A stretch of DNA of 64,000 nucleotides from Harriotta raleighana (lineage: Eukaryota): NCBI GenBank assembly GCA_050575255.1, contig JBNZDD010013689.1:948841-1012840 (forward strand), in the 5' to 3' direction. This document shows, one piece after another, positions 40,353 through 52,688 of this stretch; within the stretch, counting starts at the first letter, position 1; the number at the start of each line of letters is the position of its first letter. The position numbers and the translations under genes are program-made. The notes beneath the pieces are model-generated. The model saw only the letters and a program-made list of their open reading frames with translations. It did not search any database and was not told where the DNA came from.

Positions 40353-41065
40353 TACATGCTTTCTCAAGATTTAATTCATTTAATTATCTCTTACCTTTAA
40401 GTGACTTAAAGGGCTAAAGTAATCAGACCTATATGTGTACAGTATGTGGTATACTAACAGTACCCGTTGCACTTGCAACCATAGGATCCAATATGGAATG
40501 TGAATTTCACTGATACCACTCACATGCAACACTGTGTGTTCACCTTAACCAAAATTGCCATACGTTTAGGTAAAGCTCATGAACGATAGAAGACCCACAC
40601 CCCCAAAAACATATGCCTGTGACACTTTTCCAAGCATGACTTTGTCATGTCTCTATGTTGCAGCTATGCTTGCAACCAGAGGATGCATATAGAATGCAGA
40701 TTTTATCATTATTATACTTTATATTAGATTATTATACTTTATATAAGATCTGTTCAATGAGGTATAAATCATGTCAACCGGTCGTTAAGTTATTAGCTGA
40801 CAGACACACAGAAAAACAGGTATACGTCAATTGTATGGTGTGTAATTTCCTCTACTTTGTTGCAGAATACAATGCATACCTCATATTTTGAGGCGTAATT
40901 AAACCAGTTTTAAAGTATAGCTCATCAACGATGGGTGATCCCCAAAAACGATATGCCGATGACACTCTCCCATGCAAGACCTTTTCAATGAGATATAAAT
41001 TATATCTAGATATTCTTGGTGGACAGACGCACCTAAAACATTTTGCCATTGTTAGTATAGATATA

Positions 41066-41474
41066 CAGTAAAACCTTGTTTATCCGTGACTCGATCAACC
41101 GGAAAACCCGTTCAACTGCCATCACAAAAAAGAGTCCGGATTCGATGAACCGGAAGTTATCCAGCGAATAGTGATGACCCGTTTAATGGTGCAGGTACTC
41201 GCGGCTGGTCACTAGTCGGGTCTAAACTTGTTCCTGCTCCTTTTAAAAGTCGTTGCCGCTGCCGTTTTTTTTCCTCTGTAGGATACGGGCCGGGATTGAG
41301 AAGTTAAGTAAAAATAATAAAGTACTAATACAATATTCTGTTATTAATTAGTCTATTATTAATATGGTATGTGTTAAAATAATTTGTAATTTTTTTAAAA
41401 AATTAAAAATCCGGAAAACCGTTTAACCGCCACTGGCCAGGTCCCGTGAGTGCCGGATAAACGAGATTTTACTA
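41066..41474 (-). mobile_element. Second copy of the same pogo/Tigger-like MITE, inverted
   Basis: The right end ccactggccaggtcccgtgagtgccggataaacgagattttacta is the reverse complement of the left end of 39744-40352; TA flanks. Confidence 0.85.
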
Positions 41475-41594
41475 TACATGTGTATTGTATGTACCCACAA
41501 TGTGAAATGAACAGCTCATCACTCTTTCTTTGATGGATTGTTGTAATTTGCTTTTAAGTCTTGCATTCTGATTCTTTTCTTCGATTTTGTATAG

Positions 41595-41711
41595 GTGATA
41601 AATCTCAAGTTCTGGATGTGGACAATCCTGACCTGAGCAAATATCCAGAATTTGCAAAAGCCCAATGTTATGAATGTCACCTGGACCCAGGTGATGTGCT
41701 TTTCATTCCAG
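41595..41711 (+). CDS. TYW5: TYW5 exon 7
   Basis: tatag|GT...G|gtaaag, 117 nt; [38 protein letters not shown](A). Confidence 0.95.
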
Positions 41712-42473
41712 GTAAAGTGTTTCTTTACCAAAGTTATTTTAAGGTTTTACTTGTTTGGTGAACCCTAAATTCTCCATTCTGGTTGCATTGATCACATTTT
41801 CAGCATTGAAAGCTTACAAAATTGTTTTGTGGGGAACTAATAGAAAACATGTTTGCACCGACAAAAGGCATTCAATATCTGGGAGTTAAATATTCTTTAT
41901 ACAATGTGACGATGGTGTGTGCATTTTAAAGTTACAAAAGCATGTTGTAACGGAAGCATAAGCTGATCTAGTTATTCAGTGCTTAGTGCAGTTCCTAGCA
42001 CTATGTTGCAAATATTGTCAGTTCTAATCACGGCTGACGTCACAAGATTTCTGGAGGGACTCATCATCTCAAAGGTTATCCTACGCTTTACCCCTGCCCT
42101 CCTTCCACCCCCCCAAAAAACACAGCCTGCACTTTACCCCCACTCCCCGCTTGTTGAAAAAAAATCCTTTCTGTTTTAAATTTTCTGCATCCCAGCAAAA
42201 CGTTTAAATAACTGCAGGCTCCCATGTTGGGCAATGAATATCATTTGGGGGCCAGGTTTGATGATGTCTTAATGCACAGTATTATGCCAAATCAAGATTT
42301 ACCAATTCATTGGTTTACCCTGGTTGACGATCGTCAACAACGACTTCTGAATCGAGAAATCAAGGTCTCAATTTGTATTGTTCCGTTTGCTATATGCAAA
42401 CTGTCTTCCAAAATCATCACAATTTATTTAAATGTGTCTTAATTCCCGTGAATGCTCTTTTCCTCCCTCGCAG

Positions 42474-42730
42474 CACTGTGGTTTCACAACACTGTCGCTG
42501 AAGAATTCAGTGTGGGAGTCAATGTATTTTGGAAACATCTTCCAGCAGACTGCTATGATAAAACCGACATGTATGGAAATAAAGATCCCACAGCAGCCTC
42601 AAGAGCCATACAGATTTTAGACAGAGCCCTGAAGACATTGGAGGAACTTCCTGAAGAATACAGAGACTTTTATGCTCGTCGAATGGTCCTACGAATTCAG
42701 AGCAAATCATACAGCAATAATTATGAGTAG
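42474..42730 (+). CDS. TYW5: TYW5 exon 8, terminal (distal His of the JmjC iron triad)
   Basis: cgcag|CA...TAG; [44 protein letters not shown]...[23 protein letters not shown]. Spliced CDS is 954 nt (317 aa). Confidence 0.96.
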
Positions 42731-42891
42731 TGACTGTATCCTTCTGTTGATCAATTCATATATAATGATACAAGTATGGTATATCTATTTAATGTCAGAA
42801 GAAAAATTATCAATTGTATCCATTAAAATAATTTGTGATTTTCTTCAAGTTACATCTTTAAATGATCAGATTAACTTAGTGGTACATTAAC

Positions 42892-42897
42892 AATAAA
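42892..42897 (+). terminator. Candidate TYW5 polyadenylation signal AATAAA (alternative at 43253)
   Basis: First AATAAA ~160 nt after the stop codon. Confidence 0.45.
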
Positions 42898-45518
42898 TTA
42901 GTCATTTCAAACGCAGGAGAGCGTTTATATTTTTCTTTATATTGTAATCCTTTAAGGATTATTCCACTAATATTGCTTTTAATCAAAGCACCATTAAATA
43001 TTCCCATATAGTGTCTTAATACTGTGTCATGCACAGTCAATAGTGAAGTCTCATGGCATACGTTTCAAATTATGTATGAAATTGCCCAATTTTGCTCTGC
43101 TTATAAATGGCAGTTTTGCAAATTTTATAAATGGAAAGTAACACCCAATTAAGAGAATTTTTAAATGATGAAATCTATTTTGTGCCTGTAGCTTAATACT
43201 GTAGAGGGATTTGACAAAGCTACAAAGTTCTATAAATAATTTTCTGGTAAAGAATAAAATAAAGCATTGCTAGTGATCTTGATCTAGCTTTTTAATTCAG
43301 TGATACACACACACATAAACGAGCATTTTATCCAAAAGACAAAAATAAGCTGAAGTGCTATTCAGCTCCGCTCATGATTTAATAAGGTTCTTAATGTTTT
43401 ATTACTTTTGTTTGTAAGTTATGAGCACTGTTGTGCATTTCATCCACTGTATGGAATACAAGACAACAGATTACATGCTACAGAGTGAACCTTAGATAGA
43501 AGCTTGGGAATGGTCGTGGGAACTAGTTCTGAGAACTGAACTTGCTGTTCTGCTGAGTTTTCCCACCAGTTGGGGTTGAGGAGCTTTTAATTCAAGGTGT
43601 GTGGAGACCATTTCTTTTGGCAAGGTGAAGGTGTCCCAATCACACATGGTGAAACCTGACTTAGAAAGTGTTTCTCATATTGCCATCACCCTTTGGTAGC
43701 AGGGTTAGGAATTTGGAGGGGGAGAGCGGATGTCAAAATCTGTTACTCCTTCCATTTTAAATAGCACATGACTTTTTCAGACCGGATTATTTTCCAGTAG
43801 AGCGCAAACACAATAACCTGGTTGGATGCTATTTGAGTAAAGCCAGTTCAGTTGTGTATTTCCTGACCACTGTTGCCGGTAGAGCTGGATGGCTTTGTTA
43901 GAGGTGTATAGGACTGTGCCCTCTCCAGCTGCATCATCTCCTAGGACATGACCGTGTGATTTCATGGGTACCTTCAATAAGTGAATGGCCATAAAGCAAC
44001 AAGTTTTCTTTCCTCTCTCAGCACCCCCCTCCCACAACCACATTATAATAGAATCATAGAATATTACAGCACAGAAGGAGGCCGTTCAGCCCATCGTGCC
44101 TGTGCCAATTCGTTAAAAGAGTTACCCAATCAGTCCCACTCCACCACTCTTTGGGACTAGCTATTCAGAGCCTGTGTCGCCCAACATTAGTGAGTGTGAG
44201 AGGATGAGGTCTTGGCTATTCAGTATATGGCATCCAAGTGTTGGGTTTAAATGGTAACATCAAGTACTGTAATGGAATATTTGGGATTGGGAGAGCTGAT
44301 GATTTTCAATGAAAATCTCTTATCAGTACCGCTAAGTAATAATACTTGCATTTTGTTTTGACTAGTTAATATCGGGGGATATCCCTAAGTGCTTCATTTA
44401 CTGTGGCATGTCTTGTGTATCTGTGGGTGCAAGAGGCAGACAATCTGAGCATGGCAATGGGCCACAAACATCCATAAAGTCAAACGTCAATTTTATTTGG
44501 AGGATTGCTGGCCAGGACAGTGGGAGAGAATAGCTTCCACTTTCCCCTCTGAGCAGACAGATCAGGTTTAACATCTCCACAAAGGACGGTACCTCCAACA
44601 TTGTAGCACACCCCGGTACAGTACTGATGTGTCAGCTTAAGACTTCTGAGCTAAACTCCTGATGTGGGGTTTGAACCCACAACCTTCTGACCCAGAGATG
44701 AGAATGCTACCACAAAGTGCATCTGTGATTCATTGTGACAGTTGCTGCAATGTAATTACAGATAAATGAGGAAATTAACAGGAAATATGCAGATCAGATG
44801 GGCGAATATGGATTATGGGACAAGTAAAATATTAACACGATTAATAGTACTGGGTGTAAAGGTTATTCTGTATAGCGACACTTCGCAGACAAAGGAACAT
44901 AAAGGAGCTCACCATAGATATTTAAATTGTTTTGACAAATCTGAACAAAAGTCTGTAGAATAGGAGAGCCAAAAAACATGATCTTTTCACTAGAAATAAA
45001 TTAACTGTCTCAATGATACGTTATATACTAGCGGGATTGATACCATTGTAGGCGATTTTCTAATGCAAAAACCATATGTAATATGCAATATAATATATAG
45101 ATATATATATATATCCTTGGCTCTGGGTATTAAGAGTTTTTGATTCCCTGTATTGAGTGTTTTTCTAACACCCTGATTATATGTGTTAGGCACCGACACA
45201 CTAAAAAAAAAGTTCTCGCTTGTCACTCGAAATGAGGATCTCGACTCCAAACGCCTAACGCCTGTGATTATACTGTACATCAATATTTTTACAACATTGC
45301 AGTTATCACAGGCCAACCCTAGCTTAACGTTAAGTTTATCAGCTCTTGACAGCAATGTTTGTTTGCAGCCGGTTCCCACCAGAATGCCCTCACAGCACAT
45401 TACTGTACACCCAAACCGTGTGTACATCAAACGTATACTTTCCGTTTTGTTTATATATATATATGTATATATTTAAAAGAACACAGGAAAACACGTGCGT
45501 GTCACTGATCAATTGACT

Positions 45519-45524
45519 TTTATT
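45519..45524 (-). terminator. Candidate polyadenylation signal of the orexin-like gene
   Basis: tttatt (AATAAA on minus) ~800 nt downstream of the stop codon at 46322. Confidence 0.4.
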
Positions 45525-45789
45525 CCGTCTAATTCCTTGCCAGTGACTTTAATCACCCCCAAGCACTGAGTGCGAAAACTGACTTACAGAAGAAGCATAG
45601 GACAAGTGTAATTTCTTGGTAAGATAATTGTCTTAATAGCTGGACTCATATTATAATAATAATCATCATCATAACACTGACCCTTGCAATTGAGATAGCG
45701 TTTTATCATATACCATTTGTCATGGGAATTACACACGAACACTATTAAATAGGAACATGATACAAAGATATGGATTGTTGTTGGGAAAC

Positions 45790-46182
45790 ATCACACACAC
45801 AGCGATTACACATGCTCACACACACACGACTAGATACACACATACACACACAGCGACTACACATACACATACACAGCGACTAGACACGCACACATGCATA
45901 CACAGCGACTACACACACACAGCGACTAGACACACATACACAGCGACTAGACACACACAGCAACTAGACACACACATACATACAGTGACTACACACACCC
46001 AACGACTACACACACAGCAACTATACACACACACCCCACACACAGCCACTACACACACAGCAACTATACACACACACCCCACACACAGCCACTACACACA
46101 CAGCCACTATACACACACACCACACACACAGCCACTACACACACACACCCACACAGCGACTATACACACACCCACCCACACC
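45790..46182. repeat. CA-rich minisatellite (acacagcgactacac-like units), in the putative 3' UTR of the orexin-like gene
   Basis: Directly visible degenerate tandem units. Confidence 0.9.
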
Positions 46183-46321
46183 CGCTTGTTATCAATAACA
46201 CATTCCTGCCCACTAACGGGTCGCTCCTCGGCAAGTGGCCTCGGTTATCCGGACCCACCGGAACTCGTTGCCGAGTGTTCTCTCTCTCTCTCTCTCTTTT
46301 TATATGAATATATATATATAT

Positions 46322-46735
46322 TCAGACGGGATCACCGCACGGTTTCGCACCGTACGACCCCGGGTCGGCCCCGCGGCAGGAAAACCGTCCGTCTCTCCTC
46401 CTCTCCCTGTCGGGAAACACTGCGCGAAGCCGCGGAGGCTCGAACTCCCGAACAGCGGCGGAGGAGGAGGAGGAGGAAGAGAGGGGTTTCTGCCTGGGGT
46501 CGATGTCAGGAACAACAGCAACAACAGCCTCGGCCGGGAGCGACGCGAACGACTTTCCGGATCCCGAGCTACGTTTTCCCAGCGTGAGGATCCCGGCGGC
46601 GTGGTTCCCGGAGCCGTGCAGGAGTTCGTAAAGTTGACATCGACATTTCCTCCGGGAACAGCAGCCGGGAAAGCTCCTGGTCTCCGGGAGAGCGAACAGC
46701 AGCATCCCGACCAGCAGCAAGACTTTGCTCACAGC
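46322..46735 (-). CDS. Prepro-orexin/hypocretin-like precursor, exon 2 (signal peptide core, orexin-A-like peptide, GKR, C-terminal extension)
   Basis: Acceptor ctctctccag|GCT; [55 protein letters not shown]. The CC-x4-C-x-C spacing is the same as in orexin-A, and [18 protein letters not shown] differs from human orexin-A by one residue (A>S). HCRT family is clear, but paralog identity is unresolved, so no symbol is given. Confidence 0.93.
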   Translation of the reverse strand, partial: [137 protein letters not shown]

Positions 46736-46765
46736 CTGGAGAGAGGGGAGGGGGACACACACACN

Positions 46766-46910
46766 ATCGACATTTCCTCCGGGAACAGCAGCCGGGAAAG
46801 CTCCTGGTCTCCGGGAGAGCGAACAGCAGCATCCCGACCAGCAGCAAGACTTTGCTCACAGCCTGGAGAGAGGGGAGGGGGTGGTGGGGGGGGACACACA
46901 CACACACAGC
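46766..46910. other. N-flanked redundant copy of the 5' part of orexin-like exon 2 and its acceptor (contig overlap)
   Basis: Repeats 46639-46764 immediately after the single N at 46765. Confidence 0.8.
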
Positions 46911-47571
46911 AATAAGCAAACAAGTTATCAACACTCTGGGACCAAACACAGGATCGAGCAAAAAAAAATAAACCCCCCACCACAACCACAGCGACATCTG
47001 TTTATATATATATATACAGAGAGAGAGAGAGAGAGAAATTAATTCGCGTTAATTCGCATTCATCCGCGTTAAAAGCCTCGGAAAACTCCTCTGTTCAAAA
47101 GCAAACACTCTACATACACACCTATATATACTGGACACATATCTATATAACAACAACTAAATTACACTAATATAATATATAAATATATAATATAAATGTA
47201 TATATATATATACACACTGTGTGGGTAAAACTGTGTGTCCAACAGCAGGATTGTGTTTTTGTTTTGTGCAGTGTTGTGCTGATATACTCTGAAAGTGCAA
47301 ACTAACTCTGGATTAACTACTGTATTTCATTGAGATGAACGCAGAACTCTGCACATCTGGGGAGGGGGGGGGGGAGCCGGATTGGAAATAACAATTTCTG
47401 CTTTTAAACAAAACAAGAACAAACCACAACAACAACAACAACAACAACAACAACAGCCCCCGTCTCCGGAGAACACTCCCAGACACGTTTAACATCCTCT
47501 GTTGCTGCTGAAGTTGTGATGCTTAGCATTAACAGTGTTTGAAGCCAGTGCTAACGAACACTCACACTTAC

Positions 47572-47610
47572 CATCCTCTTTGCTGTCAGAGCAGATGCAC
47601 AAGTGGGCAT
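47572..47610 (-). CDS. Prepro-orexin-like precursor, exon 1 coding part
   Basis: ATG CCC ACT...AGG ATG|GTAAGT with a consensus donor; [13 protein letters not shown], phase 0, joins exon 2 in frame. This mirrors HCRT, whose short exon 1 encodes the start of the signal peptide with a phase-0 intron. Confidence 0.85.
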
Positions 47611-47679
47611 CCCTCCCTCTCTGCCTCTCACACAGCTTTTGCTGGCTTGTGACTGTTCGAGTTGGGTTGGGAACTGATC

Positions 47680-47720
47680 TGAGCTTCGATACTGTCAGAT
47701 AGGAGTCTTTATCAGGCAGT
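47680..47720 (-). promoter_or_regulatory. Candidate core promoter of the orexin-like gene (TATA-like GATAAA at 47708-47713)
   Basis: GATAAAG ~100 nt upstream of the ATG on the minus strand. Confidence 0.35.
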
Positions 47721-49139
47721 GAAATCGACACAGAGTGAGGAGGGGGGGGGGGTGGGGGGGTCGTGTGTGACAGAGAGAGAGAGAAAAAGGGGGGAGTCAT
47801 GTGTGTATGTGTGTGTGTGAAGGGGAGAGACTGAGAGAGACAAACTGATTGAATATTTCCCTCGTGTGAATCACACGTTTGCAAAAAAAAAAGAGAGAGG
47901 TTGGACTTTTAACACACAATCAAATCAAAACCAAATCAAACCCACCACTTCCCACCCAGGATAATCGTGAAGTTTCTCCACACTTCTGTCCTGGATCTTC
48001 AGAAAAAGCTTCTTCTATTCGAGTGCGATTGCCACTAATCCTTGAACAAAAAAAACACTCCCAAAAAAGCCCCTTTTTGCTAAAAGACGAAAAGAAACAT
48101 ATCAAATTCACAACAACTTTCACAATAAAGCCCATAGTATTCCTATAGCATTCAGATGCAAGGCTTGTTATTATTATATTATGATTAATATTATGAATCG
48201 CTTTAGATGACGGTTTCAGTTACAAAACGGACATCAAACGCTTTCCAGGGTAGAAACACAAAGTAATAATAATATTACTAATTAAGTAGATCAAAAAACT
48301 GCGGTACAAATCGATTCTGTGGATCTTCCACAGATGACTGTGGGCTGGGGGACAGAGGGATGTGATTAGTTCCACACCTATCGATCACTTTCATCGATCG
48401 ACTCAGCAATATTGGTCCCTTGGGAGTGATAGTTGTCTTTGTTATATAGTTATCTAGTTATGTAGTTAATCGAAACAGATTCGATTCCACAGTCTTTCAA
48501 TTCGAGGTGGGGCTTTTGTGTGTGATTCGTGTCAACATTGCCCCAATATTCTGGAGCATTGAATCGATGCAAGTCAATGATCTTCAGTTCACTTCCAGGC
48601 GTTTGGACCAGAGGAAAGGGCTGCCAACGAATGCCCCAAGAGATTCTGCTCCAAACCCACAGATCCCACCTACCGGTTAGCACAGTGATGGCAAAGGCAA
48701 CTTTCCACCACAGGATCTGGAATGAGGTTTGGCCGCGAAAGATTTCGCATTTAAACATGAGATGGTTTTTTTTTCTTTTGATTCTGGCGTGAATCCGGTT
48801 TCTTTCTGCCGTCACCCGTGGCTTGAAACTCGGGAGAGGTTTACCCTTCAATTTATTCTCTTGTGAACCCATGCCAGCTTTAGAATAACAATAGATGAAA
48901 GCATTGATACTGTACCTTGTGCAAACATCTCAAAGCATTTCACCAGATACACTGCAATGTGGATTGACTGTGGCTTTGCAGGGTAAAACGCAGTAGCCGG
49001 TTGTGCCCAGCCCAGTGTCCGACAAACAACCATAGAGTGAGCGACGTATTTTATTAGGGGGGGATTTGTTGGCCACCAGTTGATAGAGAATTACAAAAAC
49101 TGGATTTGAACAACAATATTGGTCTGTAGGCCATTGACT

Positions 49140-49442
49140 ACTAAGCCCAGTGGTTGGAGCACTCTCGCCTTGCAAGCAAGAGACCTGGGTTCAATTCCCA
49201 GCAGAGCGAAACCTTGGGAAAGTTTCCTTACTCCCACATGCCTGATAATAATCCCTCAAAACAAAAACTACGAAAAATGTCTTCACTCAATCCACGAATG
49301 TTTGTGGCTCTCTGCTGTGCACATTTGGCTGCCGCGTTTCGCCCATAAAATGTACAGTCAATTCACTTTCCAGTATAGTTGTGCTTCGAGACTAAATGAC
49401 GTGAAAAGCCCTACATCAAATGCAAGGATTATTGTTATTAAT
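49140..49442 (+). mobile_element. Deu-domain tRNA-SINE copy
   Basis: tRNA head (cagtggttggagcac...ggttcaattccc), Deu core and caaatgcaaggattatt tail. Confidence 0.85.
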
Positions 49443-50715
49443 TAGACAGCTCTAGAGTTTGCTTTTGATCTCTACTGTCATAGAGATGGAGGCCCCATTT
49501 GGTGGAACGTCGCTCCCATTCTGAATTAGCCCATTGATATGAAATTTGTCTATTTATACAAAAAGCCCAATTACACGGCAAGCCTGTAGGGAACTGTTGA
49601 AATTACCATAATTGGGCCCCTCAAACCATTCAAATCATTCCAAGCCAATAACTCTGCTGCCATCATCTCAATGTGATCTGTCGTGCTGATCGAATGCCAT
49701 AACCAAGCTCAACTTCAAACTTCACTCGATCTCAACACAGAGCCAAGAAGCAATCTGACACAATAGCAGAAGTTATTTTCCCTCATGGGATAATTCTCTC
49801 TGTCAGTCTCTATATTCTCTTGCCTTATTCTCTCTCTCTCTCTCTCTTTGAAAGGAGCCACGTATGGCATCAATATTCCTGTGAAGCAATGCTGGAGTTA
49901 TCCTCCCAGCATCAGACACGGATAGGAGACACCATCTATGACTTGCAGCCTTGAACAAAGGCTTAACAAACGGCATTTATTTATCACTCCCTACCATAGG
50001 ACAGACATTCCTAAAGATTCAACGTACACTAAATGGGACAGAAAACAGCAAGTTGAATGCAGTAGTTGACGTGTCTTGTAAGTCAGAGCATTCTTCATAG
50101 GTATCTCTGCCACTCACTCAGGTAACAAACTCTTTTTTCCTTGTTTGAGGTGCGAAGGCCGGAGGTGTAGAAACAGAACAGAGTTCTGGAGCACTGAGGG
50201 AATGCATATTCCTGTCACCCCTCAATTTCGTGAGTTTTCTAATCCAACCACATTACCCACTTCCTCTGGCAAGCAACTTGTAGTAACTTGGTGGCCAAAC
50301 TCTCATGTACTGTGTTCCTTTTGGCATTACTCATGACTTCACTGCCAAAACCATGTGCCATGTATTTATATTACCATTTGCCAAAAATTACAATAATGAA
50401 AATCTATTCATTGGATGCATATGATGCTGTCGAAACATTTCAAAGAGCTTCACAGGAATTACTGCCAAGAGTAGTGACTGCCTCGTTTTTGTAGGTCAAC
50501 GCAGCAGCCAATTTGCACCATCTCCCAAACAGCCATGAGGGGAAAGGGCAGTTTTATTGGGGAATTGCTGGCCAGGTCACTAGGAGAAAATCCCCTTTTC
50601 AAAAAACAATAGTGTCCTTTAACGTCCACCAGAGCGGGCAAGATAGACATTGGTTTAATGTCTCACCCAAAAGATGAGACTACAGTGTGCTGCTGTAGAA
50701 TTGTGTTTAACTCTC

Positions 50716-50886
50716 CACTCAGCAGGCTCCGACCTGCTCCATGTCCCCAGACTCACCCATCCCACCATTGGCAGGCAATCCTTCAGCCACTCTGCCCCCA
50801 ACCTCTGGAACTCCATCCTGCAATCCCTCCGCCTCACCTCCTCCCTGTCCTCCTTCAGGTCCCATCTCAAGACCCTCTTCTTCTGA
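50716..50886 (+). mobile_element. L2 LINE 3' fragment
   Basis: Translates as ...GRQSFSHSAPNLWNSI...SLSSFRSHLKTLFF, the terminal motif of L2 ORF2. Confidence 0.85.
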
Positions 50887-52688
50887 TTCAGAGTTGAGAA
50901 TGCTAAACTGAACGAGTCGATCGCCTCTTCTCCTGGGTTTGTTTCCACTCTGAAAAAGTCATGTACAAAACAAGTTCTTGACGTTCCTCTTAGCATGGAT
51001 GTGAAAATTAACTTTTACCTCCCAAGTTTTCTTGGTAGAAAGGCAAAAATAAGCCAAGCGGGTCGAAAGCAACAAGAGCATTTTGTAAATGGAATATCAA
51101 TGAAAACATTCACTTAGTAATAGTTACAAGTATTTTTCCTACATGAGCAGACGATTCTTCAAATAATATTTAATTATTGTTACCACAATAGCTTAGATGA
51201 AATAATACATCAATTGCAGAATAGTGAGTAATGCTGTCGTTATACTACAACAGACATTTATTTGAAATAGTGTGTGGTCTCTGTTTATCATTACGTTGTC
51301 AATGGAATTTCAGTTTTACATTTAATGAAAGCTTTAACTCTGATTGTTGAACTAATTACGATGAATAACGTAATTATGGTATGTGGATTTGACTAAGAAA
51401 ATTGCTCATATCAACGATTGTAGGTAACTGATCCAGGAGTAAAGACTAGGCGAGGAAATAAGATTGAAAAGATTAAGAGCCTCCATGAACTGATAGATAA
51501 GTGAAGCAGGCTGGATAGCTAAATTGCTCCCCGTATCATTAACCTTTTGTATTTAGAGGTGACAAAGCAGCAATGTTGAGAAATTCCTGCAAAGGCTCCA
51601 GGAGAGAGGAGGAGAAATAGGAAATTTATGCTTCCATTTCATGCAAATATTTTTAATGCATTTTTGTTTATGCTTCCAACAAAATTTCATCTGCTTTAAT
51701 CTATTATTTGACATAGATTCAGGACAGGCAAGGACGCATGTGATTTTTATATAATAATGCAGGAGAATGTAAAGGCAGAATGCACGTCATCTTATAATAG
51801 AACCTAATAACATTCCCCATCATTCAAAGCTAGAATAAGCTGTCTCTGGTTTACACTGTGAACAAATCATTTTTTATATACACATATATTTTTCTTATTC
51901 ACCTACAAAAATATAGAGTTACTATAATTTACAGTAAATCCTGAGAAGTGTTTCGAGAAGTATTCCTGGTGTGAAAGGCACTACATCAAAATTACTATTA
52001 TAGGTATGATGTAAGGATGAGCAATCTTGCACCAAATTAGAATTGTAATATCCATGATTAATACTGAGAACTGCCCTTCGTATTCACAGATTTATGATTG
52101 GAGAGAGCAGAAAAGCCAGCTGAAACCTTCAGGTCCCCTGACGGAAAGTGTCACATTTATCAGATCATTTCTGTGAAGAAAAAAAAAAAATGCTGCTTCA
52201 GACGACTTCTAAATCAAGTTGGCAATGAAAATGTCATGTGTCAAAAAATGTACCATTTACCACGACCCATTTAACCAGCATTGGCATAAGGACCTGATGT
52301 TTCCATGGTTTTTCAAGTGAAACATTAAAGGTGCTTTATATCCGCAGTAATGGTCAGTATTAAACAAACAATATTTCCACCATAAACCGCAGCTCAAGGT
52401 TCCTTCAAAAAGCCCGACAATTTCTCATTGCAAGGAGATTTGATTGCAAATCTGATCGGGATCCCTACAGTCTGTCCAACAGCCAGCATTCATCTTAGTC
52501 CAGTAATCAGGAACTGTTCTTTTATTTGAATCCTGTTCCTATGAAGTTTCACTGTGGAAGAACAGACCAAAGTTTCCCTTTACACTCCTGATCCTTCTAC
52601 TCTTGAAGAATGCATAAGTAATTGACTGTGATAATACTGCCCAAGAACATTAATTTGTAATAACATAACAATATTTATAATCCTTGCA

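Noticed and set aside
45757-46587. 276-aa His/Thr-rich ORF
   Set aside because: Translation of the CA minisatellite.
46766-46862. Possible tandem second orexin unit or exon
   Set aside because: Exact copy of the exon 2 start directly after a single N, so a contig overlap rather than orexin-B.
46235-46915. 226-aa plus-strand ORF and other ORFs overlapping the orexin-like exon
   Set aside because: Antisense shadow of GC-rich coding sequence that crosses an N; no recognisable protein.
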